A stretch of DNA of 64,000 bases from Gammaproteobacteria bacterium (GTDB lineage: Bacteria; Pseudomonadota; Gammaproteobacteria; SZUA-140): assembly GCA_046754065.1 (NCBI GenBank), contig JBHHVB010000007.1:6881-70880 (forward strand), written 5' to 3'. This document shows positions 12,079 to 21,177 of this stretch, piece by piece. A program made the position numbers and the translations under genes. Under the pieces are notes generated by a model that did not search any database, was not told the origin of the DNA, and saw nothing but the letters and a program-made list of their open reading frames with translations. How positions within the stretch are numbered: position 1 is the stretch's first letter; the number at the start of each line of letters is the position of its first letter.

Positions 12079-12366
12079 CCCGAATATTTCACCAAGGATC
12101 CCGGATGATGCCTAACGCCAGACAATTTAGACGCCGCTTTGGAACAAAATCCATAGATAATTCTATCGGTTGCGTGACAAATTGGTATGGAACCAATTTG
12201 AACATCATGGATGCAGCAGTTAGCGTAAAGTCTGGAACATTGACCGAGGGCCGGGATAGGCATCATCTCCGGGTACCATTTGTACTGTTGGGTCAATACG
12301 TTTTTTCTCAAATGAGTCATCAACTTATCTTATCATTTCGCCGCCTTGGTGAAATATTCGGGCTAG
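12075..12366. mobile_element. MITE-like non-autonomous element (292 bp) with perfect 23-bp terminal inverted repeats, between rnfE and nth
   Basis: Left end 12075-12097 ctagcccgaatatttcaccaagg. Right end 12344-12366 ccttggtgaaatattcgggctag is its exact reverse complement. Subterminal inverted repeats cccggatgatgcct / aggcatcatctccggg. No ORF of transposase size. The outer CTAG could instead be a 4-bp palindromic target-site duplication. Confidence 0.7.
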
Positions 12367-12405
12367 ACCTGTGATGATTTATGCAGTTCAGTATTGTACT
12401 CCGGA

Positions 12406-13041
12406 ATGAATAATCAAAAACGACAGAAAATTTTCCAGCGATTAAAAGAAGAAAATCCGCACCCGACTACCGAACTCCTATACAAATCACCATTTGAATT
12501 ATTGATTGCCGTCATTCTTTCTGCACAAGCGACTGACAAAAGCGTTAACAAGGCTACAACAGTTCTATATAAAGTTGCTAACACACCCGAGAAAATATCC
12601 AGGCTGGGAATAACCGGTTTAAAAAAATATATCAAAACGATCGGTCTTTATAACAGCAAGGCGAGGAATATCATCAAAACCTGTCATATAATACAGGAGA
12701 AACACCAGGGTCAGGTACCTGTAAGCCGGGAAGCACTCGAGTCTTTACCCGGGGTTGGCCGAAAGACCGCGAATGTCATACTTAATACGGCGTTTGGTCA
12801 ACCGACCATCGCGGTTGACACACATATTTTCAGGGTTTCAAATCGAACAGGTCTCGCACCCGGCAAAACAGTGCTCGAGGTAGAAAAAAAATTGATTCGA
12901 TTTGTGCCAAATGAATACAAACAGGACGCGCATCATTGGCTCATCCTGCACGGTCGCTATACCTGTATCGCAAAAAAACCCAGGTGTGCCGCTTGCGTCA
13001 TTGAGGATTTATGTGAATTCAAAAAGAAAACTGTGGATTAA
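12406..13041 (+). CDS. nth: Endonuclease III
   Basis: ENPHPTTELLYKSPFELLIAVILSAQATD, LPGVGRKTANV (HhH-GPD) and a C-terminal CX6CX2CX5C cluster. Canonical position downstream of rnfE. Start at ATG 12406; the track start at 12394 is TTG. Confidence 0.9.
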   Translation: MNNQKRQKIFQRLKEENPHPTTELLYKSPFELLIAVILSAQATDKSVNKATTVLYKVANTPEKISRLGITGLKKYIKTIGLYNSKARNIIKTCHIIQEKHQGQVPVSREALESLPGVGRKTANVILNTAFGQPTIAVDTHIFRVSNRTGLAPGKTVLEVEKKLIRFVPNEYKQDAHHWLILHGRYTCIAKKPRCAACVIEDLCEFKKKTVD

Positions 13042-13043
13042 GT

Positions 13044-13490
13044 ATGCTCTTTTACCATGACAGACAAAAGATTCGCCAGTTTTATTTCGATAGCTGGTCC
13101 AAATATCAAAACAACCAACCGCTCGAACCGGTCGAAATGATGATAGCTGAGGTGATCAAGCAGCACCCTGAATACCATATATTACTGGATAGCGAGGTTG
13201 AAAATCAGGATCAAGACTACTTTCCCGAGGCGGGCGAAAGCAATCCGTTTCTTCACATGGGCATGCATATTGCCATTATGGAGCAGCTTTCAACCCAGAG
13301 ACCCAAGGAAATTGTTGAAATTCATCAATCACTTAGTAAAAGTCTGGGTGACTGTCATCAGGCTGAACATCAGATCATGGAATGCCTTGCAGAGATGCTT
13401 TGGCAAAGCCAGAGACAGGGAGAAGCCCCCGATGAAAAAACTTACATTGAAAATTTAACTCAACTGGTAAAAAGGCGGAAAACACCATAG
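13044..13490 (+). CDS. DUF1841-family protein
   Basis: 148-aa ORF starting 2 nt after the nth stop. The EVIKQHPEYHILLDSE pattern is recalled as DUF1841-like. The assignment is weak. Confidence 0.5.
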   Translation: MLFYHDRQKIRQFYFDSWSKYQNNQPLEPVEMMIAEVIKQHPEYHILLDSEVENQDQDYFPEAGESNPFLHMGMHIAIMEQLSTQRPKEIVEIHQSLSKSLGDCHQAEHQIMECLAEMLWQSQRQGEAPDEKTYIENLTQLVKRRKTP

Positions 13491-13632
13491 AATACAACGA
13501 TTGCCAGGGAAATTAAAAATAAACTCATAAATATCAATATCATGGGTTAGCAATAGCAAACAGCAGCAGTGCTTTAAAAAAATAATAATGCGATAAAAGT
13601 TTTTGAACCCCCGAGTCTTTATGATTTAAGAA

Positions 13633-16600
13633 ATGATTTACGAAATAGTGAAAAATCGAGTTTTTTGGCTGGCAATCGTTGCTGTTTTTTTATCCCCATC
13701 AGCATTTTCTGCCGGGACGGCCTGGAAACCGGTCAATCCACTGCCGGTCGGGGCTCATTTGAACGATATTGCCCAAAACTCCAGCCTGCTCGTTACCGTC
13801 GGAGACCAGGGGAATATATTAATCAGCAATGACGGATTTAACTGGTCCAAACAGAACACAAGAACCAACCATCATCTGAATGGGATAGCCTGGACAGGTA
13901 ATCAATTTGTCAGCGTTGGTGAATTCGGGGATATTTTAACAAGTGCTAATGGCACAACCTGGGTCAAACAAAGCGTAAATTCCAGTCTTCATTTATATGA
14001 TGTAGCGGCCAACAACAATATTATTGTCGTCGTCGGGGCAACCGGCTCAATATTTACAAGTGGTGATGGTGTGAGCTGGACCAGCCAGACTTCGGGTACA
14101 GTCAACTCATTATTCGGTATTACCTGGACCGGATCTATGTTTTTTGCCGTCGGCAAATCCGGAACGATATTATCAAGCAGTGATGGATTGACATGGACTG
14201 CTCAATCATCAGGATCCGTTAGCTGGCTTAGATCGATTACCAGAATACAAACCAACAATATTGATAGCCTTTTTGCGGTTGGAGACAGCGCAACAGTATT
14301 ATCCAGCAATGATGGTGTCACCTGGGTTCCAGTTGATATGTCGACGGTCACGACAATGTCATTACGCGATATTGAGACTGATGGAACGGTAATCGTGGCG
14401 AGTGGCGTTGCTGGCACGATAGTCACAAGCTCAAATGACGGACAATTATGGCAATTGCAAAGCTCGGGAACCTCTAAGGCCGTTAATGCATTATTACGGA
14501 CATCCACTCGGTTTGTCGCCACCGGAGAATCTGGAGAGGTTTTGACCAGTCCGGACGCGCTAACATGGCGCTCACAAAAATCCGAATTCGAAACCAATTT
14601 CCTGGAAATTATCAGTACCGGCACGCAAAGTGGTATCGAGTACATTGCGGCTGGTTCCTCAGGCGCCATTTTTACCAGCACCGATGCATCCAGTTGGCAA
14701 TCAACGACCAACACCAGCAATCAACTTCGTGCTGTCGTCTGGAATGGCACAATCTATCTGGCGATCGGCACAAATGGAACACTGGTTAGCAGCAGCGATG
14801 CAGCATCCTGGGCTCCGCTAACTACCAATATCGCGGACTCCTTAACAGATATTGTCTGGGATGGTGCACAGTTTGTCATGCTCGGACAATCTGCAAGCAA
14901 CACTAGCAATATTCACCGAAGCACAGATGGCATTAACTGGACCACAACGCCCATTCCATCGGTTACGCTAAACGATTTATTATGGGCCGATAACCAGTTC
15001 ATCGGTGTAGGCAATGGCGGCGCAATCCTGACGAGTAATGACGCAATCCACTGGATGACGCAAAACTCCGGAACTACTAACAACTTGAACAGCGTAGCGT
15101 GGAATGGATCATCAGTTCCCAGTAAGCAACTCATAGCAATTGGAGAACTCGGGACGATTCTGCTCAGTACTGATGGTATTACGTGGACAGAGTCACTACT
15201 CAACCCGGTGGTAAAAGATATCATCTGGAACCCCAAGGATACCATTGATATTGAAGTTGAAGATGAAAAGTTTTTTACTGTCGGACCCAATGGTCTGATC
15301 GTCAGCAGCGATGACGGTCAGACCTGGTTTGTACAAATTTCCGGAACCACTCAAACCGTGGAAAGTATTACCTGGGATGGTGACCAGCTGGTTGCAGTTG
15401 GAAAAAGTGGAATAATTCTAAGTAGTCAGGACGGAATTAGCTGGAATACCCAGGCTTCAGGAACCAGCTCAAATCTGGTGGATATTGTCTGGAATGGGAG
15501 CCTTTTCGTCGCATCCGGAAAGAATGGCACAATACTGACCAGCCCCGATGCCATCACCTGGACGCAAAGAACCTCGGGAACATCAAATCAGATAGCTGAC
15601 ACGATCTGGGACAACGTCGCTGGCCAGTTTGTGTCAGTTGGTTCTGCCGGTACCATCCTGACCAGCCCGGATGCGATTACATGGACGCCCAGGAATTCTG
15701 GACTTCCCGGTGGAACTACCATTTACCTCGATACAATTACCTCGAGCGGTACAATATATGTTTTGGGCGGAACCCTGGGCACGATTCTAACCAGCCCCGA
15801 TGGCGTTACCTGGACATCACGAACATCCAATGTGACAGGTCAAATCCTCCGCATTATCTGGAACAGTGATCTTGGCCTTTTCGTTGGCGTTACATCATTA
15901 GGCAATGTTATTACTAGCCCCGATGGTATTACCTGGATAGTAAGCGCGTCCCCGGTGAATGATACTATCTATGACCTTGCGTGGAATGGACAAAAGCATG
16001 TGGGCGTCGGCATAAAGATTCCGGTCATTACCAGTAGCGATGCTGTTAGCTGGACCTCTGCACCTGATAAATTGGTAAATAATCTAACCAGCATCGTCTG
16101 GAACAATGATTTAAACCAGTATGCTGCTGTGGGTGCGCTCGGGACAGTCACAACCAGCCCGGATGGAATTGTCTGGACCAAATCATCCACATTTACATCG
16201 CAAAACCTGAATCACATCATTTGGGATAACGTTTCGCAATACCTGGTAACATCAGCGAGCGGTTCTGTTTTGACCAGCGCGGACGGGACCAACTGGACAC
16301 TCAGGCCAACGGGTAAGAATGTTAATCTTAATGAAGTTATCTGGAATAACACCCAGTCACTGTATGTAACCGTGGGATCAAACGGCGCTATTCTTTCAAG
16401 CCCCGACGGCATTAACTGGACTACCCGTTCATTGAATTCCAGTAGCGAACTTCGCACGCTACTCTATACAGGTACCAGTTTTGCGGCGGCAGGCGAAGGC
16501 GGCGCGTTTCTTACCAGTATTGATGGTCAAACATGGATTCAACAAAATACAGGCGTGAGTTTTCGCATTAACGCCATTGCGAGAAACAATTCGCAATACG

Positions 16601-17667
16601 TCGCAGTTGGTCAAAAACCGGGAATCGATCCGGCGACTAACCAGACTATTCAAACAGGAGCGGCTTTGACAAGCCCGGATGGTATCACCTGGACCGAGCA
16701 AAATCCAAATACATTGAATCAGCTACTAGACATCCTGTGGGATGGCTCTAAATTTATAGCAGTGGGTACGGTTGGTGAAATCATCACCAGTGCAGACGGT
16801 ATCAGCTGGAGCAAACAGTCTTCGAATACAACCCGTTCACTGCGATCAATTACGACCTCAGGGGCACAGATCGTCGCTGTTGGCCAAAACACAACAATTC
16901 TGACAAGCACAGATGGCGTAGGTTGGGAGACTTCGACCTTTGGATTGGCAAAGGCATTGGAAAGCGTTCTATGGAATGGCTCAAGTTTTATTGCCGTGGG
17001 CGAAGGCGGTACTATATTGACCAGCATTGATGGCAAAAACTGGACCGCTCAGTCTTCAGGTACTGATCATTGGTTGTACGATGTCACCTGGGATAATAAT
17101 AGCAAGCGGTATTTAATTGTCGGTGGTGGCAATGTAATTCTTAGCAGCTCAGGCAATGAACCTAACCTTTTAATTGAAAGTGGCGTTAATGCAAGTTCTT
17201 TTCTTGTCGACGACAGTATTAGCTATGCCATAACCGTCCGGAACAAGGGACAAATACCAGCCACAGGCATCAGCGTCTCAGACTCATTACCTGCCAAGCT
17301 TAGTTATATATCGGCTACCTCCAGCGACCCCCAGGTCTCCTGTAATCAAAGCAGCGCTTTATTGACGTGTAATATTGGAACCTTGGCCGCTAACCAAAGT
17401 GTCGTAGTCACGGTGAACGTCACCCCAACGGCTTCAGGAACAATCGATAACACCTTCCAGGTTGCAGCCAGTGAGGAGGAGCTCGATTTAACCGACAATA
17501 TATCAACAAGCAGCATTGTCGTTAGCGCAAAACCACTGGCAGGCGGTAACGATACCGGCTCTTCCGGTAGTGGCATCGGCGGCCTTGATTACTCTACAAT
17601 GCTTCTGTTGTTTCTGGGTAGCGTACTCGTCACCCAGCGCAGAACTAAAACGAAGAAAGCCAGGTAA
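13633..17667 (+). CDS. Secreted 1344-aa multi-beta-propeller repeat protein (Ycf48/BNR-like S-x-D-G-x-T-W repeats) with C-terminal DUF11 domain and putative C-terminal sorting signal
   Basis: Signal peptide. About 25 tandem ~45-aa repeats of the form GxxGTILTSxDGxTWTxxxSGTxxxLxxIxWNGxxFVAVG. A C-terminal DUF11-like segment (VRNKGQIPATGISVSDSLPAKLSYISAT...VVVTVNVTP). Terminal tail SGSGIGGLDYSTMLLLFLGSVLVTQRRTKTKKAR. Confidence 0.75.
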   Translation: MIYEIVKNRVFWLAIVAVFLSPSAFSAGTAWKPVNPLPVGAHLNDIAQNSSLLVTVGDQGNILISNDGFNWSKQNTRTNHHLNGIAWTGNQFVSVGEFGDILTSANGTTWVKQSVNSSLHLYDVAANNNIIVVVGATGSIFTSGDGVSWTSQTSGTVNSLFGITWTGSMFFAVGKSGTILSSSDGLTWTAQSSGSVSWLRSITRIQTNNIDSLFAVGDSATVLSSNDGVTWVPVDMSTVTTMSLRDIETDGTVIVASGVAGTIVTSSNDGQLWQLQSSGTSKAVNALLRTSTRFVATGESGEVLTSPDALTWRSQKSEFETNFLEIISTGTQSGIEYIAAGSSGAIFTSTDASSWQSTTNTSNQLRAVVWNGTIYLAIGTNGTLVSSSDAASWAPLTTNIADSLTDIVWDGAQFVMLGQSASNTSNIHRSTDGINWTTTPIPSVTLNDLLWADNQFIGVGNGGAILTSNDAIHWMTQNSGTTNNLNSVAWNGSSVPSKQLIAIGELGTILLSTDGITWTESLLNPVVKDIIWNPKDTIDIEVEDEKFFTVGPNGLIVSSDDGQTWFVQISGTTQTVESITWDGDQLVAVGKSGIILSSQDGISWNTQASGTSSNLVDIVWNGSLFVASGKNGTILTSPDAITWTQRTSGTSNQIADTIWDNVAGQFVSVGSAGTILTSPDAITWTPRNSGLPGGTTIYLDTITSSGTIYVLGGTLGTILTSPDGVTWTSRTSNVTGQILRIIWNSDLGLFVGVTSLGNVITSPDGITWIVSASPVNDTIYDLAWNGQKHVGVGIKIPVITSSDAVSWTSAPDKLVNNLTSIVWNNDLNQYAAVGALGTVTTSPDGIVWTKSSTFTSQNLNHIIWDNVSQYLVTSASGSVLTSADGTNWTLRPTGKNVNLNEVIWNNTQSLYVTVGSNGAILSSPDGINWTTRSLNSSSELRTLLYTGTSFAAAGEGGAFLTSIDGQTWIQQNTGVSFRINAIARNNSQYVAVGQKPGIDPATNQTIQTGAALTSPDGITWTEQNPNTLNQLLDILWDGSKFIAVGTVGEIITSADGISWSKQSSNTTRSLRSITTSGAQIVAVGQNTTILTSTDGVGWETSTFGLAKALESVLWNGSSFIAVGEGGTILTSIDGKNWTAQSSGTDHWLYDVTWDNNSKRYLIVGGGNVILSSSGNEPNLLIESGVNASSFLVDDSISYAITVRNKGQIPATGISVSDSLPAKLSYISATSSDPQVSCNQSSALLTCNIGTLAANQSVVVTVNVTPTASGTIDNTFQVAASEEELDLTDNISTSSIVVSAKPLAGGNDTGSSGSGIGGLDYSTMLLLFLGSVLVTQRRTKTKKAR

Positions 17668-17683
17668 TTTTTTCAAATTAAAT

Positions 17684-18091
17684 TTATTCGGGCCATTCAA
17701 GATGGTAGGTGAAAGGCTGGACATACGATTTATCGTTACAAGCCAGCGTTAACTCGATAACCCAGTCTCCTCCCATTGAGAACTCCGCGCTTTGCGCTTT
17801 AAAACGCCAGTCTCCCTCAGCAGTCATCTCGACAAATGTCTTGTCAAGTGACATCTCCATTCCAGGCATAAATTGCCTGAACCTGGCTTTGCAATCATCC
17901 GACGGTTGATTCTTATCAGACTTGAGCTTTACGCGAATGTCCGCATGACTTCCCACCTGCAAGGGCGCGGGGGTCGTCTGAAGCAGAATGATCAAGCCAT
18001 CCACTTCTTTACGTTGTGCACCTTGCCAATCCGAACAGGCGTTGACTAGCAACACAAATGGTATAGCTATCAAATATCTTTTTTTCATCAA
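17684..18091 (-). CDS. Lipoprotein, FixH/YtkA-like domain
   Basis: Lipobox LLVNAC. MPGMEMS and GGDWVIELT motifs are reminiscent of FixH/YtkA-type periplasmic domains. Confidence 0.5.
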   Translation of the reverse strand: MMKKRYLIAIPFVLLVNACSDWQGAQRKEVDGLIILLQTTPAPLQVGSHADIRVKLKSDKNQPSDDCKARFRQFMPGMEMSLDKTFVEMTAEGDWRFKAQSAEFSMGGDWVIELTLACNDKSYVQPFTYHLEWPE

Positions 18092-18252
18092 TCCAATTCC
18101 GATTCAGCTTTAGCATTCTACCTTGTATATTGATAACGATAACCTTTCTCAATTTACGCTATCATGCATCCGTTCCAACCTTTGAAAAAGGCAGTCACAA
18201 AATAATCTTGCCACGAATCATGGTATGCGAAATACACAAAGAACACGACTAA

Positions 18253-21177
18253 TTAATTCATCAATTCCGGTTTGGAAATTTTAAATCCTTGCGCATAGTC
18301 TACACCTAATGCTTGTAGTCTGGTATAGATAGCATTATTTTCCACGAATTCAGCAATCGTCTTGATACCCATGACATGACCAATATGATTGATAGACTCA
18401 ACCATCGCGCTATCTATCGGGCTTTCGGCAATCCCCCTGACAAATGAACCGTCAATTTTTAGATAATCAACCGGCATATTTTTCAGGTACGCAAAGGACG
18501 ACAAACCACTTCCAAAATCATCCAGCGCAAACAAGCAACCCATCTCCTTAAATTTCGCAATAAATTTAATTGCGCTACTCATATTTGCGATAGCAGCCGT
18601 TTCGGTGATCTCAAAACAAACATGCTGCGGTAATACGGCATTTGATTGAAATTCTTTTTCAACATAGGATATCAATTTTTCATCGCCAAGCGATGCGCCT
18701 GAAAGATTAATTGCAGCGATCATATTTTCTTTTTTCCATCCGTCGTATTCTGAAAACACACGCTTTATGACCCATCGGTCAATTAGTGGCATCAAATCGT
18801 ATCTCTCTGCTGCTGGAATAAACGCCATCGGATAAATATAATCACCATTGTAATCGTGCATCCGTATCAGCATCTCATGATATATTTTTTCCTGATTTTC
18901 TCTTCCCGGTTTAATTCCTCCCTGATTTTCCGTGCGAAGTGGCAGCACTGATTGATGAAATACACAAAACCGATCATCGTTTAGCGCCCTCTTTATCCTG
19001 GATACCCATTGCATTTCACCCTGACGACGCCTTAAATTGACATCATCTTCTTTATAAACATAAACCCGGTTGCGGCCCTTGTCTTTAGCTACATAGCACG
19101 CGGCATCGGCAGCACTCAACAAACCGGTCAAGCCCTCGCTTGCCTGATGTATTTCAACCAGGCCAATGCTCGCGCCAATCTCAAATGTCTTGTCCTGCCA
19201 GACAAACCTGAATTTCTTCACGGTCTGACATAATTTGGTTCCAATCGATAATGCCTGGTCAATTGAACACTCACCCAGCAAGACACCAAATTCATCCCCA
19301 CCTAATCGTGCTAACGTATCCCGTTCTCTTATCTGAGCCTGTATTAGCATGGAAAGTTGCCTTAACAACTCATCGCCCGCGACATGACCACAGGTATCGT
19401 TGACAATTTTGAATTGATCCAGATCAATGTAACAGAGCGCATGCTCATGCCCATCTTTTTTAGCATTCAGAATCATTAATTCGAGTATGCGCTCAAACTC
19501 ATGACGATTAATCAGCCCGGTTAATGCGTCATGTGTTGCCTGGTAGGAAAGTTTATGAGTCAGACCACGAATCTTAGTCACATCATGGAAAATCAGAACC
19601 GCCCCCATAACCTGATTGCTACGACCACGAATTGGCGCAGAGGTTGACTCAACAGCATACTCCTGACCACTCTGTCGGTTAATAATCAGGCCAACGGGAT
19701 AAGTAATGATACGACCATTTATCAGACTTGGGGCCACAATATCTTTAATCGGTTCCCTGGTTTCCTCGTTGACAACATTGAATACGTCTATGAGCAGTTC
19801 ACTTTCAGCTTCATCACATCCCCAACCCAAAATCTGTTCAGCAATCGGGTTCAAATACTCAACCCTGCCTGCAGAATCTGTCGTAATCACCCCATCCCCA
19901 ATCGATTTCAGCGTGACCTGTGCACGCTCTTTCTCAGCAAAAAGTGCCTCTTCTACGAGTTTTCTCCGGGTAATATCGGTCCTGATTCCAACATACTGGT
20001 AGGGTTTATTTAACTCATCCGTAAATGGAACGATCGTCGACTCAACCCAGAACGTACTACCATCCTTGCGACGATTCTTGATTTCGCCGTTCCACACGTG
20101 TCCTCTACTAATTGTTTTCCACATCTCAGAGAAATAGGAGCGCGGATGATAATGCGAATTTAACAGTCTATGATTACTCCCAATTAACTCTTCGCGTGAA
20201 TATTGACTTGTCTCACACATTTTCTCGTTTGCATACGTAATATTCCCGTTTACATCTGAAATAGTGACTATCGAGTGTTGATCCATCGCAAATTTCTGGT
20301 AGTTGAGATCATCGACCGTTTTTTGAAGCAGCTTTTCGCTGTGCATAAGCTTAAGCATGATGTAAGCAATATAGATGATCAGTAGAATCGCAACAACATA
20401 CAATCCCAACCGGTATGCGTTAGCCAGTCGAGATCGGACCTCGTATGACCGACCATAGGCCTCGCCTAGACTATTTACGTGTAATGGAATCGGCAATAGC
20501 GAAAGTTCAGTAATCAACTGGTCTACAACGGGTTTCTGGGAAACCACCGTATTGGCATGTTTTATCAGATGTTCTATATCTTGACGTACAAGCTCCGGAT
20601 ACAGATCAAGATCCGCAACCAGTTCACTGATATGCGATTGCACATGAATCTTAAAATTGTCATCCCCGGTAATATTATAACTTAATGTATCACTCAAAAA
20701 GTCTGACAAGTTGGTAATTCTCGCCGTTTCAAATTGCACCAGTGATAAATGAGTAACGATATCATCGGCAAGCACTGGCAGATAGTGAAGCGAATTTCTC
20801 AGAATTGCGTTTCTGGATTTATAGTCTTCAAGCAGGCCTTTCTTTCGGACGATCAATACATCCAGCTGTTCAATTTCCCTATCAACATCACTTAAACCAT
20901 TTTTGTAAATTGCAAATTGGCTTTCCTTGAATAGCCCCTGCCTTTCTATTAAAGATTTTATGCCGCTGACAAGGGTATCGTAATGCAGCAATAATTCATT
21001 TCGTGATTTTAGAAGGTCCTGGTTTAACGTAGCATCCGCCTGCTTGATAAGATGGACATTGTTTAAAACCTGATTATGTCTGACAAAATTCACAGATCTG
21101 GATTTAATAAATAGTCCCGTAAGAACAAGGATGACCAGGATACCGATGGTTAGCTGCCCTGTTCGTTTTTTTATCAT
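18253..21177 (-). CDS. Membrane sensor diguanylate cyclase/phosphodiesterase (periplasmic domain between two TM segments, PAS domains, GGDEF, EAL)
   Basis: TM1 LTIGILVILVLTGLFI, ~240-aa periplasmic region and TM2 LGLYVVAILLIIYIAYIML. PAS repeats. GGDEF with I-site (RERDTLARLGGDEFGVLL). EAL domain with variant motif YHEMLIRM and conserved ALDDFGSGLSSFAYL. Confidence 0.88.
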   Translation of the reverse strand: MIKKRTGQLTIGILVILVLTGLFIKSRSVNFVRHNQVLNNVHLIKQADATLNQDLLKSRNELLLHYDTLVSGIKSLIERQGLFKESQFAIYKNGLSDVDREIEQLDVLIVRKKGLLEDYKSRNAILRNSLHYLPVLADDIVTHLSLVQFETARITNLSDFLSDTLSYNITGDDNFKIHVQSHISELVADLDLYPELVRQDIEHLIKHANTVVSQKPVVDQLITELSLLPIPLHVNSLGEAYGRSYEVRSRLANAYRLGLYVVAILLIIYIAYIMLKLMHSEKLLQKTVDDLNYQKFAMDQHSIVTISDVNGNITYANEKMCETSQYSREELIGSNHRLLNSHYHPRSYFSEMWKTISRGHVWNGEIKNRRKDGSTFWVESTIVPFTDELNKPYQYVGIRTDITRRKLVEEALFAEKERAQVTLKSIGDGVITTDSAGRVEYLNPIAEQILGWGCDEAESELLIDVFNVVNEETREPIKDIVAPSLINGRIITYPVGLIINRQSGQEYAVESTSAPIRGRSNQVMGAVLIFHDVTKIRGLTHKLSYQATHDALTGLINRHEFERILELMILNAKKDGHEHALCYIDLDQFKIVNDTCGHVAGDELLRQLSMLIQAQIRERDTLARLGGDEFGVLLGECSIDQALSIGTKLCQTVKKFRFVWQDKTFEIGASIGLVEIHQASEGLTGLLSAADAACYVAKDKGRNRVYVYKEDDVNLRRRQGEMQWVSRIKRALNDDRFCVFHQSVLPLRTENQGGIKPGRENQEKIYHEMLIRMHDYNGDYIYPMAFIPAAERYDLMPLIDRWVIKRVFSEYDGWKKENMIAAINLSGASLGDEKLISYVEKEFQSNAVLPQHVCFEITETAAIANMSSAIKFIAKFKEMGCLFALDDFGSGLSSFAYLKNMPVDYLKIDGSFVRGIAESPIDSAMVESINHIGHVMGIKTIAEFVENNAIYTRLQALGVDYAQGFKISKPELMN

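Noticed and set aside
12075-12374. 82-aa and 89-aa ORFs (12075..12323 minus strand, 12105..12374 plus strand) between rnfE and nth
   Set aside because: Both lie wholly within the 292-bp inverted-repeat element and are mutually antisense. They are interpreted as chance ORFs of a MITE rather than genes.
14202-17036. Multiple minus-strand ORFs (e.g. 14202..14720, 14913..15290, 16719..17036) inside the giant repeat-protein gene
   Set aside because: They are antisense to a 4-kb ORF with strong periodic repeat structure. The ORFs are explained by the codon-level repetitiveness of the sense strand.
13633-17667. Possibility that the tandem ~135-nt periodicity is a CRISPR array or satellite repeat
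   Set aside because: The repeats are protein-level (degenerate at DNA level, continuous ORF, conserved W/G/D positions). There are no identical direct repeats with unique spacers.
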